DNA of 64,000 bases, taken from the NCBI RefSeq assembly GCF_057098645.1, contig NZ_CM169472.1. One strand, given 5' to 3'. Positions 45,937 through 57,716 of the stretch are shown one piece after another; position 1 is the stretch's first letter; every line of letters starts with the position of its first letter. The notes below the pieces were generated by a model, which worked only from the letters and a program-made list of their open reading frames with translations, was not told the DNA's origin and ran no database searches. A program made the translations under genes and the position numbers.

Positions 45937-48900
45937 ATGAGTAAACTTTTGGATCGCTTTCGCTACTTCAAACAAAAGGGCGATACCTTTGCCGATGGTC
46001 ACGGACAGGTGATGCATAGCAACCGCGACTGGGAGGACAGCTATCGCCAGCGTTGGCAGTTCGACAAAATCGTGCGTTCCACCCACGGTGTTAACTGTAC
46101 AGGCTCCTGTAGCTGGAAAATCTACGTTAAAAATGGTCTGGTGACCTGGGAAATCCAACAGACCGACTACCCGCGCACTCGCCCTGACCTGCCCAATCAT
46201 GAACCTCGCGGCTGCCCGCGTGGCGCAAGTTACTCCTGGTATCTTTACAGCGCTAACCGCCTGAAATACCCGCTCATTCGTAAACGACTGATTGAACTGT
46301 GGCGCGAAGCCCTCAAACAACACAGCGATCCGGTACTGGCGTGGGCATCGATTATGAACGATCCGCAAAAGTGCCTGAGCTACAAACAAGTGCGTGGGCG
46401 CGGCGGGTTTATCCGCTCCAACTGGCAGGAACTAAACCAGCTGATTGCCGCCGCTAACGTCTGGACCATCAAAACCTACGGCCCGGATCGCGTTGCCGGT
46501 TTCTCGCCGATCCCGGCGATGTCGATGGTTTCTTACGCCGCCGGAACACGTTATCTGTCACTATTAGGTGGCACCTGTTTAAGCTTCTACGACTGGTATT
46601 GCGACCTGCCGCCCGCCTCGCCGATGACCTGGGGCGAGCAAACCGACGTACCGGAATCTGCCGACTGGTATAACTCCAGTTACATCATCGCCTGGGGGTC
46701 TAACGTACCGCAGACACGTACGCCGGACGCCCACTTCTTTACCGAAGTACGTTACAAAGGCACCAAAACTATCGCCATTACCCCTGACTACTCTGAAGTG
46801 GCCAAATTGTGCGACCAGTGGCTGGCACCGAAACAAGGCACTGATAGCGCCCTGGCGATGGCAATGGGCCATGTGATTTTAAAAGAGTTTCATCTCAATA
46901 ATCCCAGCGACTACTTTATCAACTACTGCCGCCGCTACAGCGACATGCCGATGCTGGTAATGCTGGAGCCTCGCGACGATGGTAGCTACGTTCCCGGGCG
47001 CATGATCCGCGCATCTGACCTGGTGGATGGACTGGGCGAAAGCAACAATCCGCAGTGGAAAACCGTAGCAGTTAATACCGCAGGTGAATTGGTAGTGCCG
47101 AACGGTTCGATTGGTTTCCGCTGGGGAGAAAAAGGCAAATGGAATCTGGAATCCATTGCCGCCGGTACGGAAACCGAATTGTCGTTAACCCTGCTCGGTC
47201 AACATGACGCTGTTGCAGGCGTGGCCTTCCCCTACTTTGGCGGCATTGAAAATCCGCATTTTCGCAGCGTAAAACACAATCCGGTGCTGGTGCGCCAATT
47301 GCCCGTTAAAAACCTGACGTTAGTCGATGGCAACACCTGTCCGGTGGTCAGCGTTTATGATTTGGTACTGGCGAATTACGGCCTCGATCGCGGGCTGGAA
47401 GATGAAAACAGCGCGAAAGATTACGCTGAAATCAAACCGTACACCCCAGCCTGGGGTGAGCAAATTACCGGCGTACCGCGCCAGTATATTGAAACCATCG
47501 CCCGCGAATTTGCCGATACCGCCCATAAAACGCATGGGCGCTCAATGATTATCCTCGGTGCTGGCGTCAACCACTGGTATCACATGGATATGAACTACCG
47601 TGGGATGATCAATATGCTGATCTTCTGCGGTTGTGTCGGGCAAAGCGGCGGCGGCTGGGCGCACTATGTCGGTCAGGAAAAACTGCGCCCACAAACCGGC
47701 TGGTTGCCGCTGGCCTTTGCGCTCGACTGGAACCGCCCACCGCGCCAGATGAACAGTACCTCGTTTTTCTACAATCATTCCAGCCAATGGCGCTATGAAA
47801 AAGTCTCTGCGCAGGAGTTACTTTCACCGCTCGCCGATGCCAGTAAGTACAGCGGTCATCTGATTGATTTCAACGTTCGCGCCGAACGTATGGGCTGGCT
47901 ACCTTCTGCGCCGCAGCTGGGGCGTAACCCGCTCGGGATTAAAGCTGAAGCCGACAAGGCCGGATTATCCCCCACAGAATTTACCGCCCAGGCGCTGAAA
48001 TCGGGCGATTTACGTATGGCCTGCGAACAACCAGATAGCGGCAGCAATCATCCGCGTAATTTGTTTGTCTGGCGTTCTAACCTGCTTGGCTCCTCAGGCA
48101 AAGGCCACGAGTATATGCAGAAGTATCTGCTGGGGACCGAAAGCGGGATTCAGGGCAAGGAACTCGGTGCCAGCGACGGGATCAAACCGGAAGAAGTCGA
48201 GTGGCAAACTGCGGCGATTGAAGGCAAGCTCGACCTGCTGGTGACGCTCGACTTCCGCATGTCCAGTACCTGCCTGTTCTCCGATATCGTTCTGCCCACC
48301 GCCACCTGGTATGAAAAAGACGATATGAACACCTCGGATATGCATCCATTTATTCATCCGCTTTCTGCGGCGGTCGATCCGGCCTGGGAATCACGCAGCG
48401 ACTGGGAAATCTACAAAGGTATTGCCAAAGCATTTTCGCAAGTGTGTGTGGGTCATCTTGGCAAAGAAACCGACATGGTATTGCAACCACTGCTGCACGA
48501 CTCTCCGGCAGAGCTCTCACAGCCGTGTGAAGTGCTCGACTGGCGCAAAGGCGATTGCGATCTGATCCCGGGTAAAACCGCGCCGAATATTGTGGCGGTG
48601 GAGCGCGACTACCCTGCTACGTATGAACGCTTTACCTCGCTCGGGCCATTGATGGACAAACTTGGCAACGGCGGTAAAGGGATTTCGTGGAATACGCAGG
48701 ATGAAATCGATTTCCTCGGTAAACTCAATTACACCAAGCGTGATGGCCCAGCGCAGGGGCGTCCGCTGATTGACACCGCCATTGACGCTTCAGAAGTGAT
48801 TCTGGCACTGGCACCAGAAACCAACGGTCATGTTGCAGTTAAAGCGTGGCAGGCGCTGGGCGAGATCACCGGACGCGAACATACCCATCTGGCGCTGCAC

Positions 48901-49644
48901 AAAGAGGACGAGAAGCTTCGCTTTCGCGATATTCAGGCGCAGCCGCGTAAAATTATCTCCAGCCCCACATGGTCCGGTCTGGAAAGCGATCACGTATCCT
49001 ATAACGCGGGATACACCAACGTTCATGAGTTAATTCCGTGGCGCACGCTGTCGGGACGCCAGCAGCTCTATCAGGATCATCCGTGGATGCGTGCTTTTGG
49101 TGAAAGCCTGGTGGCTTATCGCCCGCCTATCGACACCCGTAGCGTCAGTGAGATGCGCCAGAGCCCGCCAAACGGCTTCCCGGAAAAAGCACTTAACTTC
49201 CTGACGCCGCACCAGAAATGGGGCATTCACTCAACCTACAGTGAAAACCTGCTAATGCTGACACTCTCTCGCGGTGGACCGATTGTCTGGATCAGCGAAA
49301 CAGATGCCCGAGAATTGACCATTGTCGATAACGACTGGGTGGAAGTGTTTAACGCCAACGGCGCGCTGACTGCCCGCGCGGTGGTCAGCCAACGTGTACC
49401 GCCGGGTATGACCATGATGTATCACGCTCAGGAACGCATTATGAATATTCCTGGTTCGGAAGTAACTGGCATGCGCGGCGGTATTCATAACTCGGTCACC
49501 CGCGTTTGTCCGAAACCAACGCATATGATTGGCGGTTACGCACAGCTGGCCTGGGGCTTTAACTACTACGGCACCGTCGGCTCGAACCGCGACGAATTCA
49601 TCATGATCCGCAAGATGAAGAACGTTAACTGGCTGGATGATTAA
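45937..49644 (+). CDS. narZ: Respiratory nitrate reductase Z alpha subunit
   Basis: Start at MSKLLDRFRYFKQKGDTF with GGAG Shine-Dalgarno; strongly NarG-like. Confidence 0.92.
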   Translation: MSKLLDRFRYFKQKGDTFADGHGQVMHSNRDWEDSYRQRWQFDKIVRSTHGVNCTGSCSWKIYVKNGLVTWEIQQTDYPRTRPDLPNHEPRGCPRGASYSWYLYSANRLKYPLIRKRLIELWREALKQHSDPVLAWASIMNDPQKCLSYKQVRGRGGFIRSNWQELNQLIAAANVWTIKTYGPDRVAGFSPIPAMSMVSYAAGTRYLSLLGGTCLSFYDWYCDLPPASPMTWGEQTDVPESADWYNSSYIIAWGSNVPQTRTPDAHFFTEVRYKGTKTIAITPDYSEVAKLCDQWLAPKQGTDSALAMAMGHVILKEFHLNNPSDYFINYCRRYSDMPMLVMLEPRDDGSYVPGRMIRASDLVDGLGESNNPQWKTVAVNTAGELVVPNGSIGFRWGEKGKWNLESIAAGTETELSLTLLGQHDAVAGVAFPYFGGIENPHFRSVKHNPVLVRQLPVKNLTLVDGNTCPVVSVYDLVLANYGLDRGLEDENSAKDYAEIKPYTPAWGEQITGVPRQYIETIAREFADTAHKTHGRSMIILGAGVNHWYHMDMNYRGMINMLIFCGCVGQSGGGWAHYVGQEKLRPQTGWLPLAFALDWNRPPRQMNSTSFFYNHSSQWRYEKVSAQELLSPLADASKYSGHLIDFNVRAERMGWLPSAPQLGRNPLGIKAEADKAGLSPTEFTAQALKSGDLRMACEQPDSGSNHPRNLFVWRSNLLGSSGKGHEYMQKYLLGTESGIQGKELGASDGIKPEEVEWQTAAIEGKLDLLVTLDFRMSSTCLFSDIVLPTATWYEKDDMNTSDMHPFIHPLSAAVDPAWESRSDWEIYKGIAKAFSQVCVGHLGKETDMVLQPLLHDSPAELSQPCEVLDWRKGDCDLIPGKTAPNIVAVERDYPATYERFTSLGPLMDKLGNGGKGISWNTQDEIDFLGKLNYTKRDGPAQGRPLIDTAIDASEVILALAPETNGHVAVKAWQALGEITGREHTHLALHKEDEKLRFRDIQAQPRKIISSPTWSGLESDHVSYNAGYTNVHELIPWRTLSGRQQLYQDHPWMRAFGESLVAYRPPIDTRSVSEMRQSPPNGFPEKALNFLTPHQKWGIHSTYSENLLMLTLSRGGPIVWISETDARELTIVDNDWVEVFNANGALTARAVVSQRVPPGMTMMYHAQERIMNIPGSEVTGMRGGIHNSVTRVCPKPTHMIGGYAQLAWGFNYYGTVGSNRDEFIMIRKMKNVNWLDD

Positions 49645-49673
49645 GGTCGCGATCAGGTACAGGAGGCGAAAAA

Positions 49674-51218
49674 ATGAAAATCCGTTCGCAAGTCGGCATG
49701 GTGCTTAATCTCGATAAATGTATCGGCTGCCATACCTGTTCGGTGACCTGTAAAAACGTCTGGACCGGACGCGAAGGCATGGAGTACGCATGGTTTAACA
49801 ACGTCGAAACCAAACCGGGCATTGGTTATCCGAAAAACTGGGAAGATCAGGAAGAGTGGCAAGGCGGCTGGGTCCGCGATGTGAATGGCAAGATACGCCC
49901 GCGTCTGGGCAGCAAGATGGGCGTAATAACCAAAATCTTCGCCAACCCGGTGGTACCGCAGATTGATGATTACTACGAACCTTTCACCTACGACTACGAA
50001 CATTTGCATAGCGCACCGGAAGGCAAACATATCCCTACTGCTCGCCCGCGTTCGCTGATTGACGGTAAGCGGATGGACAAAGTGATCTGGGGGCCAAACT
50101 GGGAAGAACTGCTGGGCGGCGAGTTTGAAAAACGTGCCCGCGACCGCAACTTCGAGGCCATGCAAAAGGAGATGTACGGGCAGTTTGAAAACACCTTCAT
50201 GATGTACCTGCCGCGCCTGTGCGAACACTGCCTCAATCCCAGCTGCGTGGCGACCTGCCCAAGCGGCGCTATCTACAAACGCGAAGAAGACGGCATTGTG
50301 CTGATTGATCAGGATAAATGCCGTGGCTGGCGTTTGTGCATTAGCGGTTGTCCGTACAAAAAAATCTACTTCAACTGGAAAAGCGGCAAGTCAGAAAAAT
50401 GTATCTTCTGTTACCCACGAATTGAGTCCGGTCAACCGACCGTGTGCTCAGAAACCTGCGTGGGTCGCATCCGGTATCTGGGCGTGCTGCTTTACGACGC
50501 CGACCGCATCGAGGAAGCGGCGAGCACCGAGCGCGAAGTTGACCTCTATGAACGCCAGTGCGAAGTGTTCCTCGATCCACACGATCCCTCAGTGATCGAG
50601 GAAGCCCTGAAACAAGGTATTCCACAAAATGTGATTGACGCTGCCCAGCGTTCGCCTGTCTACAAAATGGCGATGGACTGGAAACTGGCGCTACCGTTGC
50701 ACCCTGAATACCGCACCCTGCCGATGGTCTGGTACGTTCCTCCGCTGTCACCGATTCAGTCTTACGCTGATGCGGGCGGTTTGCCGAAAAGCGAAGGCGT
50801 GCTACCCGCCATCGAAAGCCTGCGTATTCCGGTGCAATATCTTGCCAATATGTTGAGTGCCGGTGATACCGGTCCGGTACTGCGGGCGCTGAAACGGATG
50901 ATGGCTATGCGCCACTATATGCGTTCACAAACCGTGGAAGGCGTTACTGATACTCGTGCCATCGACGAAGTAGGCCTGAACGTCCTCCAGGTCGAAGAGA
51001 TGTATCGCTATCTCGCCATTGCCAACTATGAAGACCGTTTTGTCATTCCAACCAGTCATCGGGAAATGGCGGGCGATGCCTTCGCTGAACGCAACGGCTG
51101 CGGTTTTACCTTTGGCGACGGTTGTCACGGCTCGGACAGCAAATTCAACCTGTTCAACAGTAGCCGTATCGATGCCATCAACATCACCGAAGTGCGCGAC
51201 AAAGCGGAGGGCGAATAA
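49674..51218 (+). CDS. narY: Respiratory nitrate reductase Z beta subunit (Fe-S)
   Basis: 514 aa with ferredoxin-type cysteine clusters. Confidence 0.95.
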   Translation: MKIRSQVGMVLNLDKCIGCHTCSVTCKNVWTGREGMEYAWFNNVETKPGIGYPKNWEDQEEWQGGWVRDVNGKIRPRLGSKMGVITKIFANPVVPQIDDYYEPFTYDYEHLHSAPEGKHIPTARPRSLIDGKRMDKVIWGPNWEELLGGEFEKRARDRNFEAMQKEMYGQFENTFMMYLPRLCEHCLNPSCVATCPSGAIYKREEDGIVLIDQDKCRGWRLCISGCPYKKIYFNWKSGKSEKCIFCYPRIESGQPTVCSETCVGRIRYLGVLLYDADRIEEAASTEREVDLYERQCEVFLDPHDPSVIEEALKQGIPQNVIDAAQRSPVYKMAMDWKLALPLHPEYRTLPMVWYVPPLSPIQSYADAGGLPKSEGVLPAIESLRIPVQYLANMLSAGDTGPVLRALKRMMAMRHYMRSQTVEGVTDTRAIDEVGLNVLQVEEMYRYLAIANYEDRFVIPTSHREMAGDAFAERNGCGFTFGDGCHGSDSKFNLFNSSRIDAINITEVRDKAEGE

Positions 51219-51913
51219 TGCAGATCCTCAAAGTGATCGGTCTGTTGATGGAGTATCCGGATGAGCTGTTGTGGGAATGTAAGGAGGACGCGCTGGCGTT
51301 GATCCGCCGCGACGCGCCGATGCTTACGGATTTCACCCGCAACCTGCTTAACGCGCCGCTGCTGGATAAACAGGCCGAATGGTGCGAAGTGTTTGACCGC
51401 GGGCGCACCACGTCGCTGCTGCTGTTCGAACATGTTCATGCCGAGTCCCGCGATCGCGGCCAGGCAATGGTGGACCTGCTGGCGGAGTATGAAAAGGTCG
51501 GCCTGCAGCTGGATTGTCGGGAACTGCCCGATTATCTACCGCTGTATCTGGAGTATTTAAGCGTACTGCCTGACGATCAGGCGAAAGAAGGATTGCTCAA
51601 TGTTGCGCCGATCCTCGCCCTGCTTGGCGGTCGCTTAAAACAACGCGAAGCTCCGTGGTATTCGTTGTTTGACGCCCTGCTGCATCTGGCGGGAAGCATA
51701 CTTTCAAGTGACAGTGTCACAAAACAAGTGAATAGCGAGGAGCGCGATGACACCCGCCAGGCGCTGGATGCGGTGTGGGAAGAGGAACAGGTGAAGTTTA
51801 TTGAAGATAATGCCACGGCGTGTGACAGCTCGCCGCTTAATCAATATCAGCGACGCTTTAGCCAGGATGTCGCGCCGCAATATGTCGACATCAGTGCGGG
51901 AGGTGGGAAATGA
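51218..51913 (+). CDS. narW: Nitrate reductase Z assembly chaperone
   Basis: 231 aa NarJ-like. Confidence 0.92.
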   Translation: MQILKVIGLLMEYPDELLWECKEDALALIRRDAPMLTDFTRNLLNAPLLDKQAEWCEVFDRGRTTSLLLFEHVHAESRDRGQAMVDLLAEYEKVGLQLDCRELPDYLPLYLEYLSVLPDDQAKEGLLNVAPILALLGGRLKQREAPWYSLFDALLHLAGSILSSDSVTKQVNSEERDDTRQALDAVWEEEQVKFIEDNATACDSSPLNQYQRRFSQDVAPQYVDISAGGGK

Positions 51914-52590
51914 TTCAGTATCTGAACGTCTTTTTTTACGATATCTACCCGTACATTTGTGCGACGGTGTTTTTCCTCGGCAGCTGGCTGCGCTACGACT
52001 ACGGCCAGTACACCTGGCGCGCCTCCTCAAGTCAAATGCTCGATAAACGCGGGATGGTGATATGGTCGAATCTGTTCCATATCGGCATTTTGGGGATCTT
52101 CTTCGGGCACCTGTTCGGCATGTTAACGCCGCACTGGATGTACGCGTGGTTTTTGCCAGTGGCAGCGAAACAACTAATGGCGATGGTGCTCGGCGGTATT
52201 TGCGGTGTGTTGACGTTGATTGGCGGCGCAGGACTGCTGTGGCGCAGGCTGACAAATCAGCGCGTGCGTGCCACTTCCACTACGCCGGATATCATCATCA
52301 TGAGCATTTTGCTGGTCCAGTGTCTGTTGGGGCTAAGCACCATACCGTTTTCAGCACAGTATCCTGATGGTAGCGAAATGATGAAGCTGGTGGGTTGGGC
52401 GCAAAGCATTGTCACTTTCCGTGGTGGATCGTCAGAGATGCTTAACGGTGTAGCGTTCGTCTTCCGCCTGCATCTGGTGTTGGGAATGACCATCTTCCTG
52501 CTCTTCCCGTTCACCCGACTGGTGCATGTGTGGAGCGCCCCGTTTGAGTACTTTACTCGTCGGTATCAGATTGTGCGCTCGCGGCGATAA
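51910..52590 (+). CDS. narV: Respiratory nitrate reductase Z gamma subunit (cytochrome b)
   Basis: 226 aa membrane protein NarI-like. Confidence 0.92.
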   Translation: MIQYLNVFFYDIYPYICATVFFLGSWLRYDYGQYTWRASSSQMLDKRGMVIWSNLFHIGILGIFFGHLFGMLTPHWMYAWFLPVAAKQLMAMVLGGICGVLTLIGGAGLLWRRLTNQRVRATSTTPDIIIMSILLVQCLLGLSTIPFSAQYPDGSEMMKLVGWAQSIVTFRGGSSEMLNGVAFVFRLHLVLGMTIFLLFPFTRLVHVWSAPFEYFTRRYQIVRSRR

Positions 52591-52668
52591 TTTCACCCTG
52601 GCCGGATAGCCCTTCGCTCTCCGGCCACTTGCAGGCTATGATAGTTCTCCAGTCACAGGAGAACGTTA

Positions 52669-53562
52669 ATGAAACCGCAGGTTTACCACGTCGATGCTTT
52701 TACCTCTCAACCATTTCGCGGCAATTCTGCCGGTGTTGTTTTCCCCGCCGATAATCTTAGCGAAGCGCAAATGCAGCTTATCGCCCGCGAATTAGGTCAT
52801 TCGGAAACTGCTTTTCTGCTGCACAGCGACGACAGCGATGTGCGCATCCGCTACTTTACGCCAACGGTTGAAGTTCCGATTTGTGGTCACGCGACAGTAG
52901 CTGCGCACTATGTACGTGCGAAGGTGTTAGGTTTAGGAAATTGCACGGTCTGGCAAACATCGCTGGCAGGAAAACATCGCGTGACTATCGAAAAGCACCA
53001 CGATGGTTATCGTATTTCGCTGGAACAAGGTACGCCGGGCTTTGAGCCACCGCTGGAAGGTGAAACACGTGCGGCGATTATCAACGCGCTTCATCTCACT
53101 GAGGACGATATTCTGCCAGGCTTGCCAATTCAGGTGGCAACAACAGGACACTCAAAAGTGATGATCCCGTTGAAACCAGAAGTGGATATCGACGCCCTTT
53201 CGCCTGATCTTGCTGCGCTGAGCGCTATCAGCAAACAGATTGGCTGCAATGGTTTCTTCCCATTCCAGATCCGCCCAGGCAAAAACGAAACCGATGGTCG
53301 TATGTTCTCGCCTGCGATTGGTATTGTGGAAGATCCGGTGACTGGCAATGCCAATGGCCCGATGGGTGCATGGTTGGTACATCACAACGTATTGCCCCAC
53401 GATGGCAACGTGTTGCGTGTTAAAGGCCATCAGGGGCGCGCATTGGGGCGTGACGGCATGATTGAAGTGACGGTGACAATTCGTGATAACCAACCGGAAA
53501 AAGTCACCATTTCAGGCACAGCGGTGATTTTGTTTCATGCCGAATGGGCAATTGAACTCTGA
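52669..53562 (+). CDS. yddE: PhzF-family isomerase-like protein
   Basis: 297 aa. Confidence 0.9.
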   Translation: MKPQVYHVDAFTSQPFRGNSAGVVFPADNLSEAQMQLIARELGHSETAFLLHSDDSDVRIRYFTPTVEVPICGHATVAAHYVRAKVLGLGNCTVWQTSLAGKHRVTIEKHHDGYRISLEQGTPGFEPPLEGETRAAIINALHLTEDDILPGLPIQVATTGHSKVMIPLKPEVDIDALSPDLAALSAISKQIGCNGFFPFQIRPGKNETDGRMFSPAIGIVEDPVTGNANGPMGAWLVHHNVLPHDGNVLRVKGHQGRALGRDGMIEVTVTIRDNQPEKVTISGTAVILFHAEWAIEL

Positions 53563-53565
53563 AAC

Positions 53566-53650
53566 CGTTGTCTGATGCGCTTCGCCTGTCAGGTCTACAA
53601 CCGGGCTAATGTATGCCGGATAAGGCGTTTACGCCGCATCCGGCAACCTG
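53566..53650. repeat. REP/BIME element between yddE and nhoA
   Basis: REP-like palindromic motifs including GCCGGATAAGGCGTTTACGCCGCATCCGGCA. Confidence 0.55.
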
Positions 53651-53657
53651 ACATAAA

Positions 53658-54503
53658 TTATTTTCCCGCCTCCGGGTGCGTATCAAACGCCGCCATCACC
53701 AGCGCTAACTCATCCACGGTAAAGCCATGTTTCGCATCATCCACGCCCAGACCAAACTGTTCTTGCATCACGGCATATAACGACGCCACATCCGGTAGAT
53801 TTCGCTGCTCCACCGCGTGCCCATTTTCATAATGGGTAAAATGAAAATTGGTCAGTGTCAGCTTGCCGCCGTCCGGTAAATGGCGGCACATCAGCAAATG
53901 ATGGCGAAAATGCGACTGCGGCCAGTGCGCCGACCAGAAATTGCCCATCACATAATCGCTTTGTTGCTGCTCGCAGAGATCAAAACGGTACATCGACTGC
54001 CAGTGCTGATGATGATTAAACTGCAACACCCAATTATCACCCTCCTGCAACAACCGATACTCTCCGTGTGGCGTGGTCTGCACGAGATCGGGAACTAAAC
54101 GAATCGGCGCGGTTAGCGTCTGCCCACCGAAACCGACATCAGCAATCCATTTTTCCTCTTCCAGTTCCACCAACAGCAAACGATGGGTGCGCGGCGGTAA
54201 TGCTGGCGGATTTGATAACACTACGCGCCCTAACAAGCTGCGAACGTTAAACCCCAGCTCGCGTAACACCCGCTCAAACACGCCATTCTGCTCAAAACAG
54301 TAACCGCCACGACGGGCTATCACCAGTTTCTCTTCCAGCGATTGATCATCAAGCTGCATTTCCCTCGGCAGCAAAACGTCGAGGTTTTCAAACGGAATGG
54401 TGCAATTGTGTTTCAGGTGCAATGCACGAAGCGTATCAATATTGACCGCAGCAGTTCCCGACCAGTTAATACGGGCAAAATAGTGATTCAGAATGGGCGT
54501 CAT
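53658..54503 (-). CDS. nhoA: N-hydroxyarylamine O-acetyltransferase
   Basis: 281 aa; arylamine N-acetyltransferase catalytic Cys motif RGGYCFE. Confidence 0.92.
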   Translation of the reverse strand: MTPILNHYFARINWSGTAAVNIDTLRALHLKHNCTIPFENLDVLLPREMQLDDQSLEEKLVIARRGGYCFEQNGVFERVLRELGFNVRSLLGRVVLSNPPALPPRTHRLLLVELEEEKWIADVGFGGQTLTAPIRLVPDLVQTTPHGEYRLLQEGDNWVLQFNHHQHWQSMYRFDLCEQQQSDYVMGNFWSAHWPQSHFRHHLLMCRHLPDGGKLTLTNFHFTHYENGHAVEQRNLPDVASLYAVMQEQFGLGVDDAKHGFTVDELALVMAAFDTHPEAGK

Positions 54504-54675
54504 CAGGCGTTTCCCTTAGTGGTTTTCTCAACTTATAACCTGGAATAGACGCCGCACCGGCTATTTTGTGCGATCGCGGACATGCATCACGTTCGCAAAT
54601 CGCCAATCCCGTTAATTTCGTTACTTATTGCGTTACGGACTACGCTTAAAAAAACCTTCTTCGCGAGGCGATACC

Positions 54676-55245
54676 ATGAGCCGATTCATCCCCATAGAAT
54701 TACACCATGCCAGCCGTCTGTTAAATCATGGCCCAACGGTCTTGATCACCAGTTTCGATGAGCAATCCCAGCGGCGTAACATTATGGCTGCAGCCTGGTC
54801 AATGCCGGTGGAGTTTGAACCGCCACGCGTCGCGATTGTGGTAGATAAATCGACATGGACCAGGGAGTTGATTGAACGTAACGGTAAGTTTGGCATCGTT
54901 ATCCCGGGCGTTGCAGCAACTAACTGGACGTGGGCGGTGGGAAGTGTGTCGGGGCGTGATGAAGATAAATTTAATTGCTATGGCATTCCGGTTGTGAGAG
55001 GCCCGGTATTTGGTTTGCCTCTGGTCGAGGAAAAATGTCTGGCGTGGATGGAGTGCCGCCTGCTACCTGCGACTTCTGCGCAACAAAAATACGATACGCT
55101 GTTTGGCGAGGTGGTATCAGCAGCGGCAGACGCACGGGTATTTGTCGAAGGCCGCTGGCAGTTTGATGATGATAAGCTCAATACGTTGCATCATTTAGGT
55201 GCTGGCACGTTTGTTACCAGCGGCAAGCGTGTTACGGCAGGTTAA
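54676..55245 (+). CDS. yddH: Flavin reductase-like domain protein
   Basis: 189 aa from MSRFIPIELHHA. Confidence 0.85.
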   Translation: MSRFIPIELHHASRLLNHGPTVLITSFDEQSQRRNIMAAAWSMPVEFEPPRVAIVVDKSTWTRELIERNGKFGIVIPGVAATNWTWAVGSVSGRDEDKFNCYGIPVVRGPVFGLPLVEEKCLAWMECRLLPATSAQQKYDTLFGEVVSAAADARVFVEGRWQFDDDKLNTLHHLGAGTFVTSGKRVTAG

Positions 55246-55248
55246 GCA

Positions 55249-55476
55249 TTACATGCTGTAACCGGGTTTCTTTATCAAAGCCTCCATTTGGGGCGCGATT
55301 TCGGCATCCCAGATAGCTTGCCAAGATTCTGGTTGAATCTGCTGTAGAGCAATGCTTATCGAACTGTCTTTACTGTTCATATGGCGAATAATAACGTCGG
55401 TAATATCTGCAGCAAGTGCTGCTTTTTGTTGTTCGTCCAGTTCACGCGGAAAACATTTAATGTCTATGTGCGGCAT
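55249..55476 (-). CDS. pptA: Tautomerase PptA (4-oxalocrotonate tautomerase family)
   Basis: 75 aa from [13 protein letters not shown] (Pro-1 after Met). Confidence 0.85.
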   Translation of the reverse strand: MPHIDIKCFPRELDEQQKAALAADITDVIIRHMNSKDSSISIALQQIQPESWQAIWDAEIAPQMEALIKKPGYSM

Positions 55477-55574
55477 GATTACGCTCCTTTTGAAAGATGT
55501 CAGTAAAATTAACACACATTGTGAATGTCGTGTGTCCGGTAATGCGTTTTTACGACAATAATGCCAGGGCAAGA

Positions 55575-55928
55575 TTACGAAAGCCTTCTCCCCGCAAGGA
55601 CTGACGCCAGGTAGTTTCTGTCCATGGCTGCTTTTCGCATCTTACGTCTTAACCCAGCCTTGAATACCTTATCATTCGTCAAAATATTAATAGCAATGTG
55701 CCGTATCCCTGAAAATAATTCTGCTGCATTTCCTCTTCTTATTTTGCAGTCGTCTTCATTCATTACCACGTCCAGACGCCAGTGCAGCTTATTCTCCACG
55801 TGCCAGTGGTTTCGGATTGCTGTGGCGAACTTCTCTGCGGTTAAATCAGCAGAACTGATATAATATCTGACCGTCATTTCTGGCTCTTTCTTTTGTTCTG
55901 CTATTATGGACCGAAAGGAGACTGCCAC
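55575..55928 (-). pseudogene. C-terminal remnant of an H-repeat-associated (ISAs1-family) transposase
   Basis: 117 aa frame with motif [32 protein letters not shown] typical of the H-rpt protein C-terminus; the N-terminal ~260 aa are missing. Confidence 0.7.
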
Positions 55929-56246
55929 GCATAATTTCTTCAGCCCTTTCCATTCAAACGTGAAATCAATAAGTTCATCAGGAACATCGCAAACAATATG
56001 AAGACGGATTTCTTCTCTGCCGTGACTAAAATGCGAATTATTTAGTACAAAAAAAGCGGCGCACCTTGTTCTTTCCCAGATTCCTAATATGGCAACTTTA
56101 AGTTATCGCCGTCTATACTTATAGAAATTTCATCAGGGGTGACATAAATAGAATTTTTTTCATCCTCAATTGCCCATAACTGATTAATAAAAAAGTGTTT
56201 TTTATCATCTAATAACAAATCATCACATGTAGTAAAATTATTAATA

Positions 56247-56678
56247 TCAAAAAAAATCATCAGCACAATTAATTTTTAAATTTAAAAAATAAAGAAAAAT
56301 ATTATTGATTGATTTGAGTGTAAACCACTTGTCATTAACAAATTTATAGCTAGATGATTTTATAAAATAATAATTATCTCCTGGTATAAAGGCATACATA
56401 TCATTTAAGGTTATACTCAACAAAAAACTACGACCTGGTTTAATAGTATTCCAGCGTTCAGGATTCGTATTAATTTCAAAAGGACATGAACCACCTAAGT
56501 AGTCCAACGTGATATTCCCAGAGTTGATCCTGAATGGTTTTTTGCATATCGCATCATATTCATCTCCTTTTCCATCTTTTACTTTCATAGGTAGATAATA
56601 TTTAGAAAAAAAATACGTGGTAGAGCTATTGTTAGTAAAGGTTATGTTAGCAAAAATCCTGTTATTTTTTTTACTCAT
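56247..56678 (-). CDS. Hypothetical protein (AT-rich; probably continues by frameshift into ORF 56084..56266)
   Basis: 143 aa ORF; downstream 60 aa ORF in another frame begins 19 nt before its stop. Confidence 0.4.
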   Translation of the reverse strand: MSKKNNRIFANITFTNNSSTTYFFSKYYLPMKVKDGKGDEYDAICKKPFRINSGNITLDYLGGSCPFEINTNPERWNTIKPGRSFLLSITLNDMYAFIPGDNYYFIKSSSYKFVNDKWFTLKSINNIFLYFLNLKINCADDFF

Positions 56679-56956
56679 AGCTAATTGAGCATTGACATCC
56701 GCTATATAATTTATATGATTACATTTTTTCTTACACTCATCATAATTTTCGATAGGATAAATTAATGGTCTTCCTTTGATATCTCTCTCAAGCCCAAACC
56801 CGTATTTTTTATTAAAACCATTTCATCCGCAGTCGATTGAAAGGAATAGAAAAATATAATATTTACGATTGTCATTATTATGATTTTTTTATAGCTTGCA
56901 GCATTAATATATTTCTCGACTTATTAGTTAATGGAGAAGTGTTTTTTCTAATTCCG

Positions 56957-57184
56957 CTATTTTTTCTTAACTGAATTGCTTAATATTTCATCATTAATCG
57001 AGTCTATCTCACTTTCAATTAATCTTATTTCAAAATATCTTTCTATGTTATATGCATTCTCAAATATTTGATCTTTTTGTTTAGAGATCAGTTTAGTTGC
57101 AATACGGATATGTTCGTCATATGAAACTTCATCCTCTTTGCACGTTGAATATTTATCAGTAGTTGTATAATCCTGTGACCACAT
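56957..57184 (-). CDS. Hypothetical small acidic protein
   Basis: 75 aa ORF in AT-rich accessory block. Confidence 0.35.
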   Translation of the reverse strand: MWSQDYTTTDKYSTCKEDEVSYDEHIRIATKLISKQKDQIFENAYNIERYFEIRLIESEIDSINDEILSNSVKKK

Positions 57185-57266
57185 ACCACCTTTTTATTAT
57201 CCCCATAATACCACTGAATATGAGACATTTCATGACATAAAGTAGTAACATGAGAATCCTTTCCCG

Positions 57267-57716
57267 TTACTGGATTTTTTTGCCATCTCTATACTCAAAT
57301 TTTGCGCCTATGTTAATTATATAGGACATATCCTTACTTGGGCTGACGAATGCTGCAAATTCATTACAACCTGTATAATTTATAAAACTGCTCATTGTTA
57401 AATCATTAGCTATAATCATTAATCTTCTCACGCCATCCATCATAAGAAATCTAGCATTCATGCGCCTACCTGTATTATATCCATATTTTCTTATATTAAC
57501 TTCCTTATTTCCTTTAACACCAAAGATCTTACTGAAATAATATTCCTCCTGTGCTCCCCATCTCAAAAGATCATCTGCTCTTTTTATCAAAACCAACTTT
57601 TGTGCCTTACGAGCCTTATCAATCATTATTTTAAAATGATCAGTTATTTTTTGCTCTTTCACACATTCTTCTGGCTCTGGCTTTGGTTGTCCAGAAGTTT
57701 GATTATTATCGTCCAT
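57267..57716 (-). CDS. Hypothetical protein
   Basis: 149 aa from MDDNNQTSGQ with Shine-Dalgarno AAGGAC; tracked ORF extends 19 codons further upstream. Confidence 0.45.
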   Translation of the reverse strand: MDDNNQTSGQPKPEPEECVKEQKITDHFKIMIDKARKAQKLVLIKRADDLLRWGAQEEYYFSKIFGVKGNKEVNIRKYGYNTGRRMNARFLMMDGVRRLMIIANDLTMSSFINYTGCNEFAAFVSPSKDMSYIINIGAKFEYRDGKKIQ